From positions 284,518,001 to 284,582,000 of the forward strand of contig OZ024742.1 of NCBI GenBank assembly GCA_964016885.1: a DNA stretch of 64,000 bases, read 5' to 3'. This DNA is from Eledone cirrhosa (taxonomy: Eukaryota). The notes beneath the pieces are model-generated. The model did not search any database and was not told where the DNA came from. It was given only the letters and a program-made list of their open reading frames with translations. Below, one piece after another: positions 11,977 to 24,755 of this stretch (position 1 is the stretch's first letter; the number at the start of each line of letters is the position of its first letter). The translations under genes were made by a program, and so were the position numbers.

Positions 11977-12446
11977 CTCTTTCTCTTCATTTCGAGTATA
12001 TTTTTTTGACCGGCCACCTTCCTGGTGGCAAGGTTGTAAAAGAAAAGAAATTGTCATCCCTTGAATCGCAAGAATGTTTTGCAAATTTTGAAGATGCCAG
12101 CTATCGCAGCCATTTGTAGACTATGAATTAGGGAGCTGCGCTCTTTGTCCGCAAATCCAAGTTCAGTCATACTTTGGTCCAAGCGGGTTGGTATATAACC
12201 CGTAGCTCCAATAATGATGGGTATGAAGCTAAAGGTGTATCTTGGATACTGGATTTGTAAACTCCTCATCAATGGTCCGTAGATGTCCTCCTTCTCCTGT
12301 ATTTTTCTGCCAGCGTTTACAACAAGTGGGCAACTGATCTCCACAACAGAACACGTTTTCAATGTGTGGTCCCAAACAACAATATCAGGCCGGGTGTGCT
12401 TTAATTTGGTGGCAGTTTTTATTTTCAGGTTCCACCAGTATTCCTT
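11977..12446 (-). mobile_element. 5'-truncated RLE-endonuclease LINE (R4/Dong-like) C-terminal fragment between (TATG)n tracts
   Basis: Translation ...HTRPDIVVWDH..KTCSVVEISCP...KIQEKEDIY...FIPIIIGATG matches the PD..D/ExxxP restriction-like endonuclease of early-branching LINEs. Confidence 0.75.
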
Positions 12447-12540
12447 ATGTATGTATGTATGTATGTATGTATGTATGTATGTATGTATGTATGTATGTAT
12501 GTATGTATGTATGTATGTATGTATGTATGCATGTATTATG

Positions 12541-13206
12541 TCAGGTCACCAGTTGGTGCTACTGGTAACATGTATCCCAGTACAACCTGTCTCATGGTCG
12601 GGTCGTTGGCGACTAAACTGGCAACCCCACCAAGGTTTCTTGGTGAGGAGGGTGACTTTGGACATCCTGCAGGACTAAAAACAAAACCTGTCAAAGGGCA
12701 AAGGAGCTCTTAAGAGTCAATGGCCATCCAAAATCACCGGGAGAGATGACCCCTTAGCCTTTGTCAAGGTAGAATTCTAGGAGAAGGAAAACTCTGATAT
12801 AACACCTGCAACCCTGATGGTATCCAATGATGTTGACTTGTTCTTCTTTTTGGTAAATATCATCTTGGTTAAGAGAGTGGGACTGGCTTTGTCCAGTGCC
12901 TTTGCTCACTATAAAAGCTTCACGGCACAGGCATTGCTTTATATCTGGAGATCTCTCTGCACTTGTCGTCACATGGTACCATGGGCCCAGCACTATGTGT
13001 CAATAATTGTCACAAGTGTAGTGTTTGCACCAGAGTTTTCATGTCGCAGGCTGGACTAAAAAGTCACACTCGTTCAGCTCATCGGTAGGGGTTCTCCTAC
13101 ATGGATATAAAGTAGTGGCCGTACTCGAAAACGAGTTGGCAGCCACCATGTATGTATGTATGTATGTATGTATGTATGTATGTATGTATGTATGTATGTA
13201 TGTATG
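12541..13206 (+). mobile_element. Internally deleted (bipartite) RTE derivative: 5'UTR joined to last C2H2 finger, 3'UTR and (TATG)n
   Basis: The 5' part contains CTAGGAGAAGGAAAACTCTGA (RTE 5'UTR-like) and aligns with 14430-14650. 13017-13088 encodes CSVCTRVFMSQAGLKSHTRSAHR*, similar to the RTE fingers near 18 kb. Confidence 0.65.
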
Positions 13207-14371
13207 AGGGAGCTTATAGATAGGACAACACACGCTGTCTTTTCGTGGGATAAGTTTTTAATTAATTTTTGTATTCTGAAACATCAAAATACAACAATTT
13301 GTTGGTCACTGGACTCGGGAATGTCACGACAAAAGTTTGTGGAAGTTACACAAATATTTTAGTATATTTTAGCAGAGCAATCCTTATTTATATTTTACAT
13401 TTTACATTTACTTACATCTCAATATAACATGGCTAAAATTCAAATTTTGCAAAGAGAAGAAAACGGTCAAATGAACTAGATACTTATCACTGTCCCCCAC
13501 CACCACAATGACGTCTACACTCTCTCCCCACCATCACATGTCATTACCCTATCTAGACTAAAGTCATCGACCTGTTGTCAAACTCTCTACTCTCTGTTGA
13601 ATGTGTATATATATATATATGTATGTATATGTGTGTATATACATCACTCAGTCAAACGACCAGATTTCAACCCCAACATCTACAACAACAACACCGGCAC
13701 TAATGTTTACAGCAACAACAGCTTCAGAATGAGCTGAAATGAACATTTACAACAACAACAACAACAGCGGCATCAAAAAATAAAAAAAAAAGAAAGGGAA
13801 GGGAAATAAAGGAAAAAACAACAAAAAAACTCAAAATAACAAAACACACACACACACGCACACAACACAACAACAACATCAACTGCCACCACCACCACTA
13901 CCGCCGCCGCCATCACAATCACCAGCGACCGGGCCTTAAGAAAACAACTTTAATAATAATTTTTCTGCTTTTGGCACGGATCCAGCGACTGTCTCAGCGC
14001 ATCACTGGTACTCACTTTTGTTGACTCCGTGGGAATGAAAGGCAAGGTTGACCTCGGCGGGATTTGAGCTCAGAGCGTGGAGGGCCGTGACTCTATGCTG
14101 TAAAGCAATTATAATAATACTGGACTGTAGTACGATCAGCTTCAACTATACAAACTCTTGAAAGTCAACAGTTGACATAATCTGGTAATCTTGTATCAGT
14201 AATGACAGTAATATATATATATATATATGTGTGTGTGTGAGTGTGAGTAGAGTATCGTGTGTGTGTTTGTTTGTATGTATGAGTGTTGTTGTGCGCGCGC
14301 ATATGTATGCGCGTGTGTATGTCGTACGTATAAGTGTCAATAAGTGATTTTTTTTTTTTTTTTTTTTTTTT

Positions 14372-14650
14372 GCGCGGGGACATAGAAATAATCGGGCTGG
14401 ATGCCCGATCGCGCAGTTAAACCACTGGGAGTGAAGAGCCCCTAGCCCTTGTCAGGGCATTCTTCTAGGAGAAGGCATCTCAGGAAACTGGGTTAACTCC
14501 GACATAATACCTGCGGCTCAGTAGTTACTGATGATGTTGATCTTTTCTTCTTTTCGGGTTATAGCTAGTCGCTCAGAGAGTGGGATTGGCTCAGTGCACA
14601 GTCTTTCCTCACTTTAAAAATATTCGTCACGCACAGGCATTGCACGAGTG
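14372..14650 (+). mobile_element. RTE-like 5'UTR fragment
   Basis: Colinear similarity to 12735-12940 (CTAGGAGAAGG, TGATGTTGA, GAGAGTGGGA, GCACAGGCATTGC). Confidence 0.55.
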
Positions 14651-14704
14651 CATTAATAATTATTAATAGTGTACTATTATTATTATTATTATTGTTATTG
14701 TTAT

Positions 14705-14932
14705 TCCTTGAATCTCAGTCATTGATGTTGGTTAACTGGAAAGTCCGTTGGATTGAATATCAAGCCACTACCTGCAGCCTCAGATATTCAGGACGTATCG
14801 GAGGGTTCTTGCTGTTCCAAGCAAGCATGCCTTTTGAAGCGTTCCAAAAAGCGTGAAGGGGCCGATTTTCTTTAACCATCCCTGGAAACCTTTGGAGATA
14901 GTCCCCAGTGCGCCTATGACAATCGGGATCAC

Positions 14933-14936
<4 letters not shown>
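14705..14936 (-). mobile_element. R4/Dong-like LINE 3' fragment inside (TAA)n
   Basis: KVIPIVIGALGTISKGFQGWLKKIG...LQKACLLGTARTLRYVL is a typical RLE-LINE C-terminus, with (ATT)n on both sides. Confidence 0.8.
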
Positions 14937-14971
<35 letters not shown>

Positions 14972-15000
14972 TATTATTACTTTTTTTTTTTTTTTTTTTT

Positions 15001-18000
15001 CCAATTCAATGATGTTCCAGAACAATATAAAAGAGATAATTGGCAATTTAGGTTCTGGAACAAAAAAGATCATTGGCAATAAGGGCAGGGGCCCCAGGTT
15101 ATCACAGCCTGGGCCCGTTCGTCATCGTGCCATTGTAATAGAGCCAAACAAGGCATTTAGTCTTGGCTGCTGGAACGTACGGACGCTGCTTGACAGGGAT
15201 TCCTTGGGGCGTCCTGAACGAAGGACCGCTCTTGTTGCAAAGGAGCTTCGACGTTACGATCTTGACATCGTGGCTTTATCTGAGACGAGGCTAGCTGGAG
15301 ATGGTCATCTTACGGAATTTTGTGGAGAATATACATTCTTCTGGAAAGGAAGAGATGAAGGAACCAGAAGAGAGGCTGGGGTAGGATTTACTGTTAAGAC
15401 TGTGCTTGTGAACAAATTAGAAGAATTCCCAGTAGGGATTAGTGAGCGTCTTATGTCCATGAGAGTTCCGCTGGACAAGGGAAGATATGCTACCCTCGTG
15501 AGTGTGTATGCTGCAACTATGAGTTCTGTCGATGAGGAAAAGGTGTCCTTTTACCATGCCTTGAAAGGTGTTTTAAGAAATATCCCTCAGGCAGACAAAA
15601 TCATCGTGCTTGGTGACTTTAATGCTAGAGTGGGTAGGGATTTTAACACATGGAATGTAATCGGAAGGCATGGGGTGGGAAAGTGTAACAGCAATGGGGT
15701 GGGAAAGTGTAACAGCTCCTGCTGCAGATGTGTGAGGAGCTGGGTCTGTGTGTTACCGACACCATGTTCCAACAAAAGAACAAATTCAAGACCACATGGA
15801 TGCATCCTGCATCTAAGGAATGGCATCTTTTGGACTACGTCCTAGTCAGGATGCGAGACAGACAGGATGTGCAGTGTGTTCGTGTTCTTCGTGGAGCTGA
15901 GTGCTGGACGGACCACCGCCTGGTACGCGCAAAAGTGAGACTAATCACTAAACGTAAAATCCGGGCTCCTGGTGTTGCCCTGCCCAAAAGATTGAATGCT
16001 GCTCGTCTTAAGGATAAAAATGTGAAGAGGACATTGGAAGAAGAGATGCAGGCTGCAGATCTTGGTGAGGATTGGCCGACCCTTAAAAAGTTGGTTTATG
16101 ATGTAGGCAGGCGTGTTCTGGGATTGGCGCAGAGGAAACATCAGGACTGGTTTGATGAGAATGATGTACATATAGAAGACTTGTTGGCTGATAAGAGGCG
16201 TGCTCTGTCACGCTACTTGACGGCAAAACCACAGGAGAGGAATACGTTGTATGAGGAACTCAGGGATGTAAAATCACGTGTTAGGCGGAGTCCTTCTCAG
16301 ATTTCGAAGCTGAACAGTGGAAGATCTCCAGGTATGGATGGCATACATGCTGAGCTCCTACAATATGGTGGTGAGAGACTCCTGCAACATCTTCACTCTT
16401 TGTTTGGCAGGATATGGACTAATGAATCCGTACCTGAGGACTGGAGAGATGCAGTAATGGTGGTCTTGTACAAGGGAAAGGGTAACAGGAACGATTGTGG
16501 GAACTACAGAGGCATATCATTGCTTTCTGTCGTAGGGAAAGTTTTATGTAGGGTGCTTCTGGACCGTCTGCTGACACACATTGCAGATTGTGTTCTTCCT
16601 GAAAGTCAATCTGGTTTTCGTGCTGGACGCGGCACTACTGATATGATCTTCTCAGCTAGACAGCTCCAGGAGAAGTGCATGGAACAAGGCTTGGATCTGT
16701 ATCAGGTTTTTGTCGATCTGACAAAAGCTTTCGATACTGTTAACAGAGATGCATTATGGAAGGTTCTCCAGAAACTTGGTTGCCCTGATAAGTTCCTTGC
16801 TTTAGTTAGGTCTTTCCATGACGACATGAAGGCTTGGGTTAATGTGGGGGGTAACATGTCGGAGCCTATCTCAGTAAAAAATGGAGTGAAACAGGGGGAT
16901 ATTCCAGCACCGACCCTGTTTGCCATATACTTTGCAATGGTTTTCTGTATTGCATTCAGGAATTGCGAGCATGGTGTTTACATCCGATATCGAACCTCAG
17001 GCAGCATATTTAACATCAGGCGCTTTGCTGCGAAGACAAAGGTATTTACATCAATCATAAGAGACCTCTTGTATGCAGATGATTGCGATCTTGTAGCGCA
17101 CACAGAGAGTGATATGCAGCACATTTTGAATACATTTTCTGACGCTTGCACTGCCCTAGGTCTGACTGTCAGTCTCAAGAAAACCGTCGTCATGTACCAA
17201 CCTGCCCCTGGTAAGCAGTACACTGAACCAAACATCTATGTGTATGGCAAACGACTTGGAGTGGTTGATCAGTTTGTCTACCTGGGAAGCACTGTCAATC
17301 GATACAGCAACCTTGACAGTGAAATCTCACTTAGGATTAGGAAAGCAAGTGATGCTTTCGGAAAGCTAGAAAGGCGACTCTGGGGTCGGCGAGATATATG
17401 CCGGGGGACAAAGGTAAAGGTGTACAGGGCATGTGTGCTCTCTTGTCTTCTTTATGCCTGCGAGACCTGGGTCACATATCGACACCACCTTAAGCAATTG
17501 GAGCGTTTCCACCAGATGTGTCTCATACGGATCCATGGCGTTCACTGGAGGGACCACATCAGTGATGTCGAGATTTTGGAAAGCTCTATGTGTGACAGTA
17601 TAGAAGCTCTTGTGCTTAAGCAACGACTCCGTTGGAGTGGTCACCTTGCCAGGATGAAAGATTCTAGAATACCAAAACAACTCTTTTATGGAGAGTTGGT
17701 TAAAGGAAAACGACCGCCACATAAACCAAAAAAGAGGTATAAGGATTCCTTGAAAGCTTCTCTGAAAGACGCTAACATCTCTGCTGATACATGGGAAAAT
17801 ATTGCTGCTGATCGTAATAAATGGAGAAAGACTGTATATGAGGGAAAAGTTGCCTTTGAGGCATCTCGAATCGCATACGAGAAAGTAAAGCGGGATGTGA
17901 GGAAGGGCATTGCTGTTGCACTTCCAGACGGCGAGGGTCCTCCTATGGTGCTGACATGCAGCGTCTGTGCGAGACTCTGCCTAAGCAAAGCTGGACTCGA

Positions 18001-18253
18001 AAGTCATCTTCGCAGTCATAAAGTAAGACCAGTGGTTGACTACCAGGCTGCTGTTGGAGATGCTACTCATCATGCTTGCCAAACATGTGGTAGAGAATGT
18101 AAATCAGCAGGAGGGCTCAAGTGACATGCAAAAGTACACGAACTCCAACCACAGCCGACTATTCCCAGTGAATGTTTTGGTTGCCGACTCTATGCAAGAC
18201 ATTTTAGATCATTGGCTGGGCTAAAAAGCCACGTTCGATCGCAGCGCTGTTAG
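15001..18253 (+). mobile_element. RTE-clade LINE, near full length, disabled (APE endonuclease + RT + 3 C2H2 fingers)
   Basis: APE motifs CWNVRTL, LSETR, GDFNAR, LDYVL, TDHRL. RT motifs YRGISLLS, FVDLTKAFD, GVKQG, LLYADD, YLGS. Frameshift at a 24-bp duplication (15670-15716), apparent in-frame deletion near 16290, premature TGA at 18122. Confidence 0.95.
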
Positions 18254-18444
18254 TTGCTATCGTGTGTGTGTGTGTGTGTAGATATGCTTGTGTGTGTGCG
18301 TGTGAGTGTATATATATATGTATATATATATTATTATTGTTGTTGTCGTTATTATTATTGTTGTTTTGATTATTATTATTATTATTGTTAATAATGTATG
18401 TGTGTGTGTATATGTGTGTGAGTGTGTGTGTGTGTGTATATGTG

Positions 18445-18476
<32 letters not shown>

Positions 18477-19417
18477 TGTATGTATGTATGTATGTATGTA
18501 TGTATGTACGTATGTATGTACGTATGTATGCATGTATGTATGTACGTATGTATGCATGTATGTATGCATGTATGTATGTATGTGTGTATGTGAGAGAGTA
18601 TGTATGAATGTAAGATTCTATGTAAATATGCATGCATGTATGTGTGTATGTGAGTAAGATTACATGTAAATATGCATGTATGTGTGCATGTTTGAATGTA
18701 TGTATGTACATTTACGTATGAGTGCATATTGTAAAAATGCATACATGTGCATTACGTGAATGTTGGTAGTGTATGTATATATGTATCTGTGTATATGTGT
18801 GTGTGTGAGTGAATGTAAATGTATGTACATATGTATGAGTGCGTCTATGTTATTAATGCAATAACTACTACTACAACTACTACTACAACTACAACTACAA
18901 CCACTAATACCACTATTATCATCACTACTATTACTACTTATACTGCCACCACTACCACTAATACTACTACTATTACTGCTAATTAGTTACCTGCAGCTGA
19001 CTTCAAGAACATTAAATATGATGATGATTATGGCGGCGGCGGTGGTGGCGGCGACGGTGGTGGTGGTGGTGGTGATAGTGGTGGCGGAGGCAGTGGTAAT
19101 GGTGGTGGTGGTGGTGGTGGTTGTGGTGTCGGTGGTGGCGGTGGTGGTGGTGGAGGCAGTGGTGGTGGTAGTAGTGGTGGTGTTGGTGGTAGTTGTGGTG
19201 GTGGTAGTAGTGGTGTCGGTTGGTACTGGTGGTGGTGGTGGTGTCGGTGGTAGTGGTGGCGGTGGATGGTGGCGGTAATAAAGGGGAAGAAGAAAAACAA
19301 CAACAGCGACGACAACAACAGCAACAACTACGGCAATAATAACAATAAGAACATGGACAACAACAACAAAACCTACAGCAACAACTAGAACAAGATATTT
19401 AAAGATGGAGTTGTAGA

Positions 19418-19489
<72 letters not shown>

Positions 19490-19549
19490 AGGGGATGAGA
19501 GAGAAAAGGAGAGTGAGAAGGAGGGAGTACAGGGCGAGTAGGAAGCAAA

Positions 19550-19564
19550 GGCGCCCTCTGCCGG
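19550..19564 (-). promoter_or_regulatory. CTCF-like motif
   Basis: Minus strand CCGGCAGAGGGCGCC against the core consensus CCASYAGRKGGCRS (1 mismatch), in a small unique island between microsatellites. Confidence 0.35.
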
Positions 19565-19689
19565 GAAATTGAAGAATGGCAGAATCAAATGACTGTTTAT
19601 TTTTCTCAGCCAAACTATTTACTGCGAGATGTGAGACGAACAGACAGACAACTGATTCAGACATACGACCACCCACGAACGGACGGGTG

Positions 19690-20901
19690 GCTGGTTGATT
19701 CGATGGTTGGTGGACTGGTTGGCTGGTTGGTTAGTGGACTGGTTGGCTGGTTATTTGGTGTTCTGGTCGGCTGGTTGTTTGGTGGTCTGGCTAGTTGGTT
19801 GTTTGGTGGTCTGGCTAGTTGGTTGTTTGGTGGTCTGGCTAATTGGTTGTTTAGTGGTCTGGCTAATTGCGTGAACTGATTGACTGGCTGGCTGGCTGCT
19901 GGTTGGCTTGCTGGATGTTTGGCTGGTTAGATGGCTGGTTTATTGGTTGGTTGGCTGGTCGCTGGCTGGTTGTTTGGTGGTCTGGCTAGTTAGTTGAAGT
20001 TACTGAACTGATTGACAGGCTTGTTGGCTGGCTGGCTCGTTGGATGGTTGACTGGTTGGTTGGATGGTTGGTTGGTTGGCTGGTTGGATGGTTAGTTGGC
20101 TGGTTGATTGGTTGGTTGGTTTGGTGGCTGGCTGGCGGGCAGGTTGGAGGACAGGTCGGCTGGTTGTTTGGTGGTGTGGCTAATTGGTTAAATAGATGAA
20201 CTGATTGACTGGCTGGTTGGCTGGGTAACATGTTGACTTGTTGGCTGGTTGGCTTGTTGTTTGGCTGGTTGGTTGACTTGTTGGCTGGTTGGCTGGTTGA
20301 CTGGTTGGCTGGTTGGTGGCTGGTTAACTGGCTTGTTGACTTGGCTGGTTGGCTGGTTGACTTGTTGGCTGTTTGGTTGTTTGGTTGATTGATTGCCTGT
20401 TTGTTTGGTTGGCTCATTGATTGGTTAGAGTTAGGGTTGATTGATTCGTTCGTACGTACGTGAGTTAGTTGGCTGGTTGGTTATTTGGTTAGTTGGTTGG
20501 TTGATTCGTTAGTTGGCTGTCTGGCTGGTTGGTTGGTTGATTGGCTGTTTCGTTGATTGTTTCGTGGGCTGGTTGGTTGCTTGGCTGGCTGGTTGGCTGG
20601 TTAGTGGGCTGGTTGGTTGCCTGGTTGGCTGGTTAGTTAGTTGGTTGGCTGGTTGATTGATTGGTTGGTTGGTTAGTTGGCTGGTTGGTTGCTTGCTTGA
20701 TTGTTTGGTTGCTTGATTAGTTGGTTGGTTAGTTGGTTGGTTGACTGGCTGGTTGTTTGTCTGATTGATTGGTTGGTTAGTTGGTTGGTTGGTTGCTTGG
20801 TTAGCTGGTTGGTTGATTGCTTGTTGTTTGGTTGACTGGTTGGTTGATTAGTCAGTTGGTTGGTTGACTGGTTGGTTGTCTGATTGATTGGTTGGTTGGT
20901 T
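19690..20901. repeat. Degenerate (GGTT/GGCT)n tetranucleotide satellite
   Basis: Direct reading; followed by (AG)n. Confidence 0.95.
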
Positions 20902-20910
20902 CAGAGAGAG

Positions 20911-20992
<82 letters not shown>

Positions 20993-21061
20993 GATGTATT
21001 ATTTGGCTGATTCGACCAGTAACTGGCTGAAAGTACGTTACTAACAAAATGTGTTTTTCAG

Positions 21062-21181
21062 GTCACCTCTAGTGTCACAAGTACTGTAGATGGGAATTAT
21101 ATCGGACGTCGTGTATCCTCCACCAATGTATCGAGAGAACAGAATAGTGCAAAATGGGTGCTGAAAATTTAAAAACAAATG
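21062..21181 (+). other. Candidate host exon (120 nt) ending in a putative start codon
   Basis: Branch point TACTAAC (21039-21045), acceptor TTTTTCAG, donor ATG|GTAAGA, and an in-frame TAA 9 nt upstream of the ATG. Confidence 0.5.
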
Positions 21182-21387
21182 GTAAGATAAATAAACCAAA
21201 TAACTGATAAGATTATGTATACAAGGTATCCAATCTTACACACACACACACACATATATGTGTGTGTGTGTCTGTGTCTGTGACTCTACAGTGTGTTTGT
21301 AAGTCTGTGATTACGACTGTGTGTATGACTACGACTTTGTGTTTGTGTTCCGTGGCCGGCGTGACTATGAGAGTGTCTCTTTCTATG

Positions 21388-21516
<129 letters not shown>

Positions 21517-22270
21517 TTGTGTGTGCTTGAGTATGTGTGTGTGTACCTCTACTTATGCCTGTACGTTTGCCTCTATGTGTGTGTACTATCAACCACACAG
21601 ACCAACTATGACTAATGCTGTGAACAGAATTTACCAATCTATTGTTATTTTAAACGATAAAAAAAAATTATCACGCATGTCAGAAACTCTTTGCTTTAAC
21701 GTAAATATACAAATAAACAAACAAAAATAATTATATATACGCATATAGATACACACACACACACACACACATATATATATTTATATTAATATGTATCCAT
21801 GTATGAATATATGTATATATATATATATATATAATGCCACATTTCTCACGGACGGGGCCCAAGAGATCAGCTAAGGAAGGGTTGTGATAAGGGGGTGACA
21901 ACTGTCTGCTAGTCAATCTGTATCTCTCCTCGTCTTTCCCTGTCTTTCTCTCGTCCTCTCTTCCCCCCTCCCCCTCTCTCTCTCACACACACATACAATA
22001 GATACTCTTGTTCAACACTCCAACGTTAACACAGTGTATCTATCTCACACATTGTATATCTTCTATGCTGCACATACATAACTGTAAAAAGGAACGCCGC
22101 GCTGTTGCTGCTCCGGTTGCGTAATAGTTTCCTATGATTCCTGCACCACTGCTGACAAACACCACTACCACTATCACTACCATGACCATCACCACCACCA
22201 CCACCACCACCACCACCACCACCACCACCACCACCACCATCACCACTACCACCATCACCACTACCACCAG

Positions 22271-24755
22271 TAAGTTGGCTGGTTAGTTGGCTGGTTAGTT
22301 GGCTGTTTGGCTGGTTAGTTGGCTGGCTGGTTGATTGGTTGGCTGGTTGGTTGGTTGGTTGGTTGATGGCTGGCTGGCTGGTTAGTTGGCTGGTTGGTTG
22401 GCTGGTTGACTGGCTGGCTGGCTGGCTGATTAGTTAGCTGGCTGGTTGATTGGTTGGCTGGTTGTTGGTTGGTTGGCTGGTTGTTGGTTGGTTGGCTGGT
22501 TAGTTGGCTGTTTGGCTGGTTAGTTGGCTGGCTGGTTGGTTGGTTGGCTGGTTGACTGGCTGGCTGGCTGGCTGATTAGTTGGCTGGCTGGCTGGTTGGT
22601 TGGCTGGTTGTTGGTTGGTTGGCTGGTTGATGGCTGGCTGGCTGGTTGGTTGGCTGTTTGGTTGGTTGGCTGGTTGGTTGGCTTTTTGGCTGGTTGGTTG
22701 GTAGGTTGATTGATATGTTGGTTGGTTGGTTGGTTGGCTGGTTGGTTGGTTGGTTGGCTGGTTGGAGTTGGTTGACTGGTTGGTTGGCTGGTTGGCTGGT
22801 TGGTTGTTTGATTGGCTGGTTGGTTGGCTGGTTGGTTGGTTGGCTGGTTGGTTAATTGGCTGGTTGGTTGTTTGGTTTGTTGGTTGGTGGGTTGGTTGGT
22901 AGTTGGTTGATTGGTTGATTGGTTGGTTGGCAGGTTGGTAGGTTGGCTGGCTGGTTGGCCGGCTAGAGTTGGTTGGTTGGTTGACAGGTTGGTATGTTGT
23001 TTGGTTGTCTGGTTGGTTGACTGTTTGGTTGATTGGTTGATTGGCTGGCTGGTTGTTTGGTTAGTTGGTTGGTTGGTTGTTTGGTTGGTAGGCTGGTTGG
23101 TTGGCTGTTTGGTTGGTGTGTTGTTTGGTTGTTTGGCAGGCTGGTTGTTCGGTTGTTCGGTTGTCTGGTTGGCTGGCTGGTTGGCTGGTTATTTGACTGG
23201 TTGGTTGGTTGTTTGGTTGGCTGGTTGTTTGGCTCGCTGGCTGGCTAGTTAGATGGCTGGGTGTTTGGTTGGTTGGTTGTTTGGTTGTTTGGTTGGCTGG
23301 TTGTTTGGCTGGTTGGTTGGTTAGTTGGCTGGTTGGTTGTTTGGTTAGTTGGTTGGTTGTTTGGTCTTTTGGCTGAGGGTTGGATGGTTGGCTTGTTAGC
23401 TAGCTGGTTGGTTGACTGGTTGGTTGGTTGTTTGGTTGGCTGGTTGGTTGGCTGTTTGGTTGGTTGGCTGGTTGGTTGGCTGTTTGGTTGGTTGGCTGGT
23501 TGGTTGGTTGTTTGGTTAGTTGGTTGGTAGGTTGGTTGGTTGTTTGTTTGGTTGTCTGGCTGGTTAGTTGGTTGGTTGGTTGGTTGTTTGGTTGGCTGGT
23601 TGGTTGGCTGGTTGGTTGACTGGTTGGCTGGTTGGTTGGTTGGTTGTTTGGTTGGCTGGTTAGTTGGTTGGTTGGCTGGTTAGTTGGTTGGTGGTTGGCT
23701 GGTTGGCTGGTTGGTGGTTGGCTGGTTGGCTGGTTGGCTGGTTGGTTGTTTGGTTGGTTGGTTGGTTGGTTGATTGGTTGGTAGATTGACAGGTTCGTTG
23801 GTTCGTTGGTTGGAGTTGGTTGATTAGTTGGTTGGCTGGTTGTTCGGTTGTTCGGTTGTCTGGTTGGCTGGCTGGTAACTGGTTAGTTGACTGGCTGGTT
23901 GGTTGGTTGTTTGGTTGGCTGGTTGTTTGGCTGTTTGGTTGGTTGGTTGGCTGGTTGGTTGTTTGGTTAGCTGGTTGGTTGTTTGGTCTTTTGGCTGAGG
24001 GTTGGATGGTTCGCTGGTTCGCTAGCTGGTTGGTTGACTGGTTGGTTGGTTGTTTGGTTGGCTGGTTGGTTGGCTGTTTGGTTGGCTGGTTGGCTGGTTG
24101 GTTGGCTGTTTGGTTGGTTGGCTAGTTGGTTGGTTGTTTGGTTAGTTGGTTGCTTGGCTGGTTGTCTGGCTGGTTAGTTGGTTGGCTGGCTGGTTGAATG
24201 GTTGGTTGTTTAGTTAGTTGGTTGGTTGGCTGGTTGGCTGGCTGGTTGACTGGTTGGTTGACTGGTTGGTTGGTTGTTTGGTTGATTGGTTGGTTGGCTG
24301 GTTGATTGGCTGGCTGACTGGTGGTTGTTTGGGTGGTTGGCTGGTTAGTTGGTTGTTCGGTTGTTTGGCTCGCTGATTGGTAGGCTGGTTGATTGGTTGA
24401 TTGGTTGGTTGGTAGGTTGTTCGGTTGGTTGGCCGGCTGGTGTTGGCTGGTTGGTTGGCTTGTTGGTAGGTTGTTCGGTTGTCTGATTGGCTGGCTGGTT
24501 GGTTAGTTGGCTGGTTGTTTGGTTGGTTGGTAGGTTGGTTGGTTGGCTGGTTGGTTGGCGGGTTGTTCGGTTGGTGGGTATGTTGGTAGGTTGGTAGGTT
24601 GGCTGGTTTGTCGGTTGGTTGTTCGGTTGGTGGGTAGGTTGGTAGGTTGGCTGGTTGTTCGGTAGTCTGACTGGCTTGCTGTTTAGTTACTTGGTTTATT
24701 TGGTTGACTGGTTGTTTGGTTGGTTGGTTCTTTGGTTGACTGGTTGGTTGGTTGT
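22271..24755. repeat. Degenerate (GGTT/GGCT)n satellite with internal segmental duplication
   Basis: Direct reading. The marker GGTCTTTTGGCTGAGGGTTGGATGGTT recurs near 23363 and 23984. Confidence 0.95.

Noticed and set aside
14853-15010. N-terminal part of the 330-aa ORF
   Set aside because: It reads through an antisense LINE fragment, (ATT)n and poly-T. The RTE coding region starts later.
18122-18124. TGA as selenocysteine or programmed readthrough
   Set aside because: It sits at a finger position where Arg (CGA) is typical, and the copy has other disabling lesions. CpG decay is the simpler explanation.
19610-19630. Possible 21-nt micro-exon (TTTTTCTCAG...GAT|GTGAGA)
   Set aside because: Splice-like signals only, and too short to support without transcripts.
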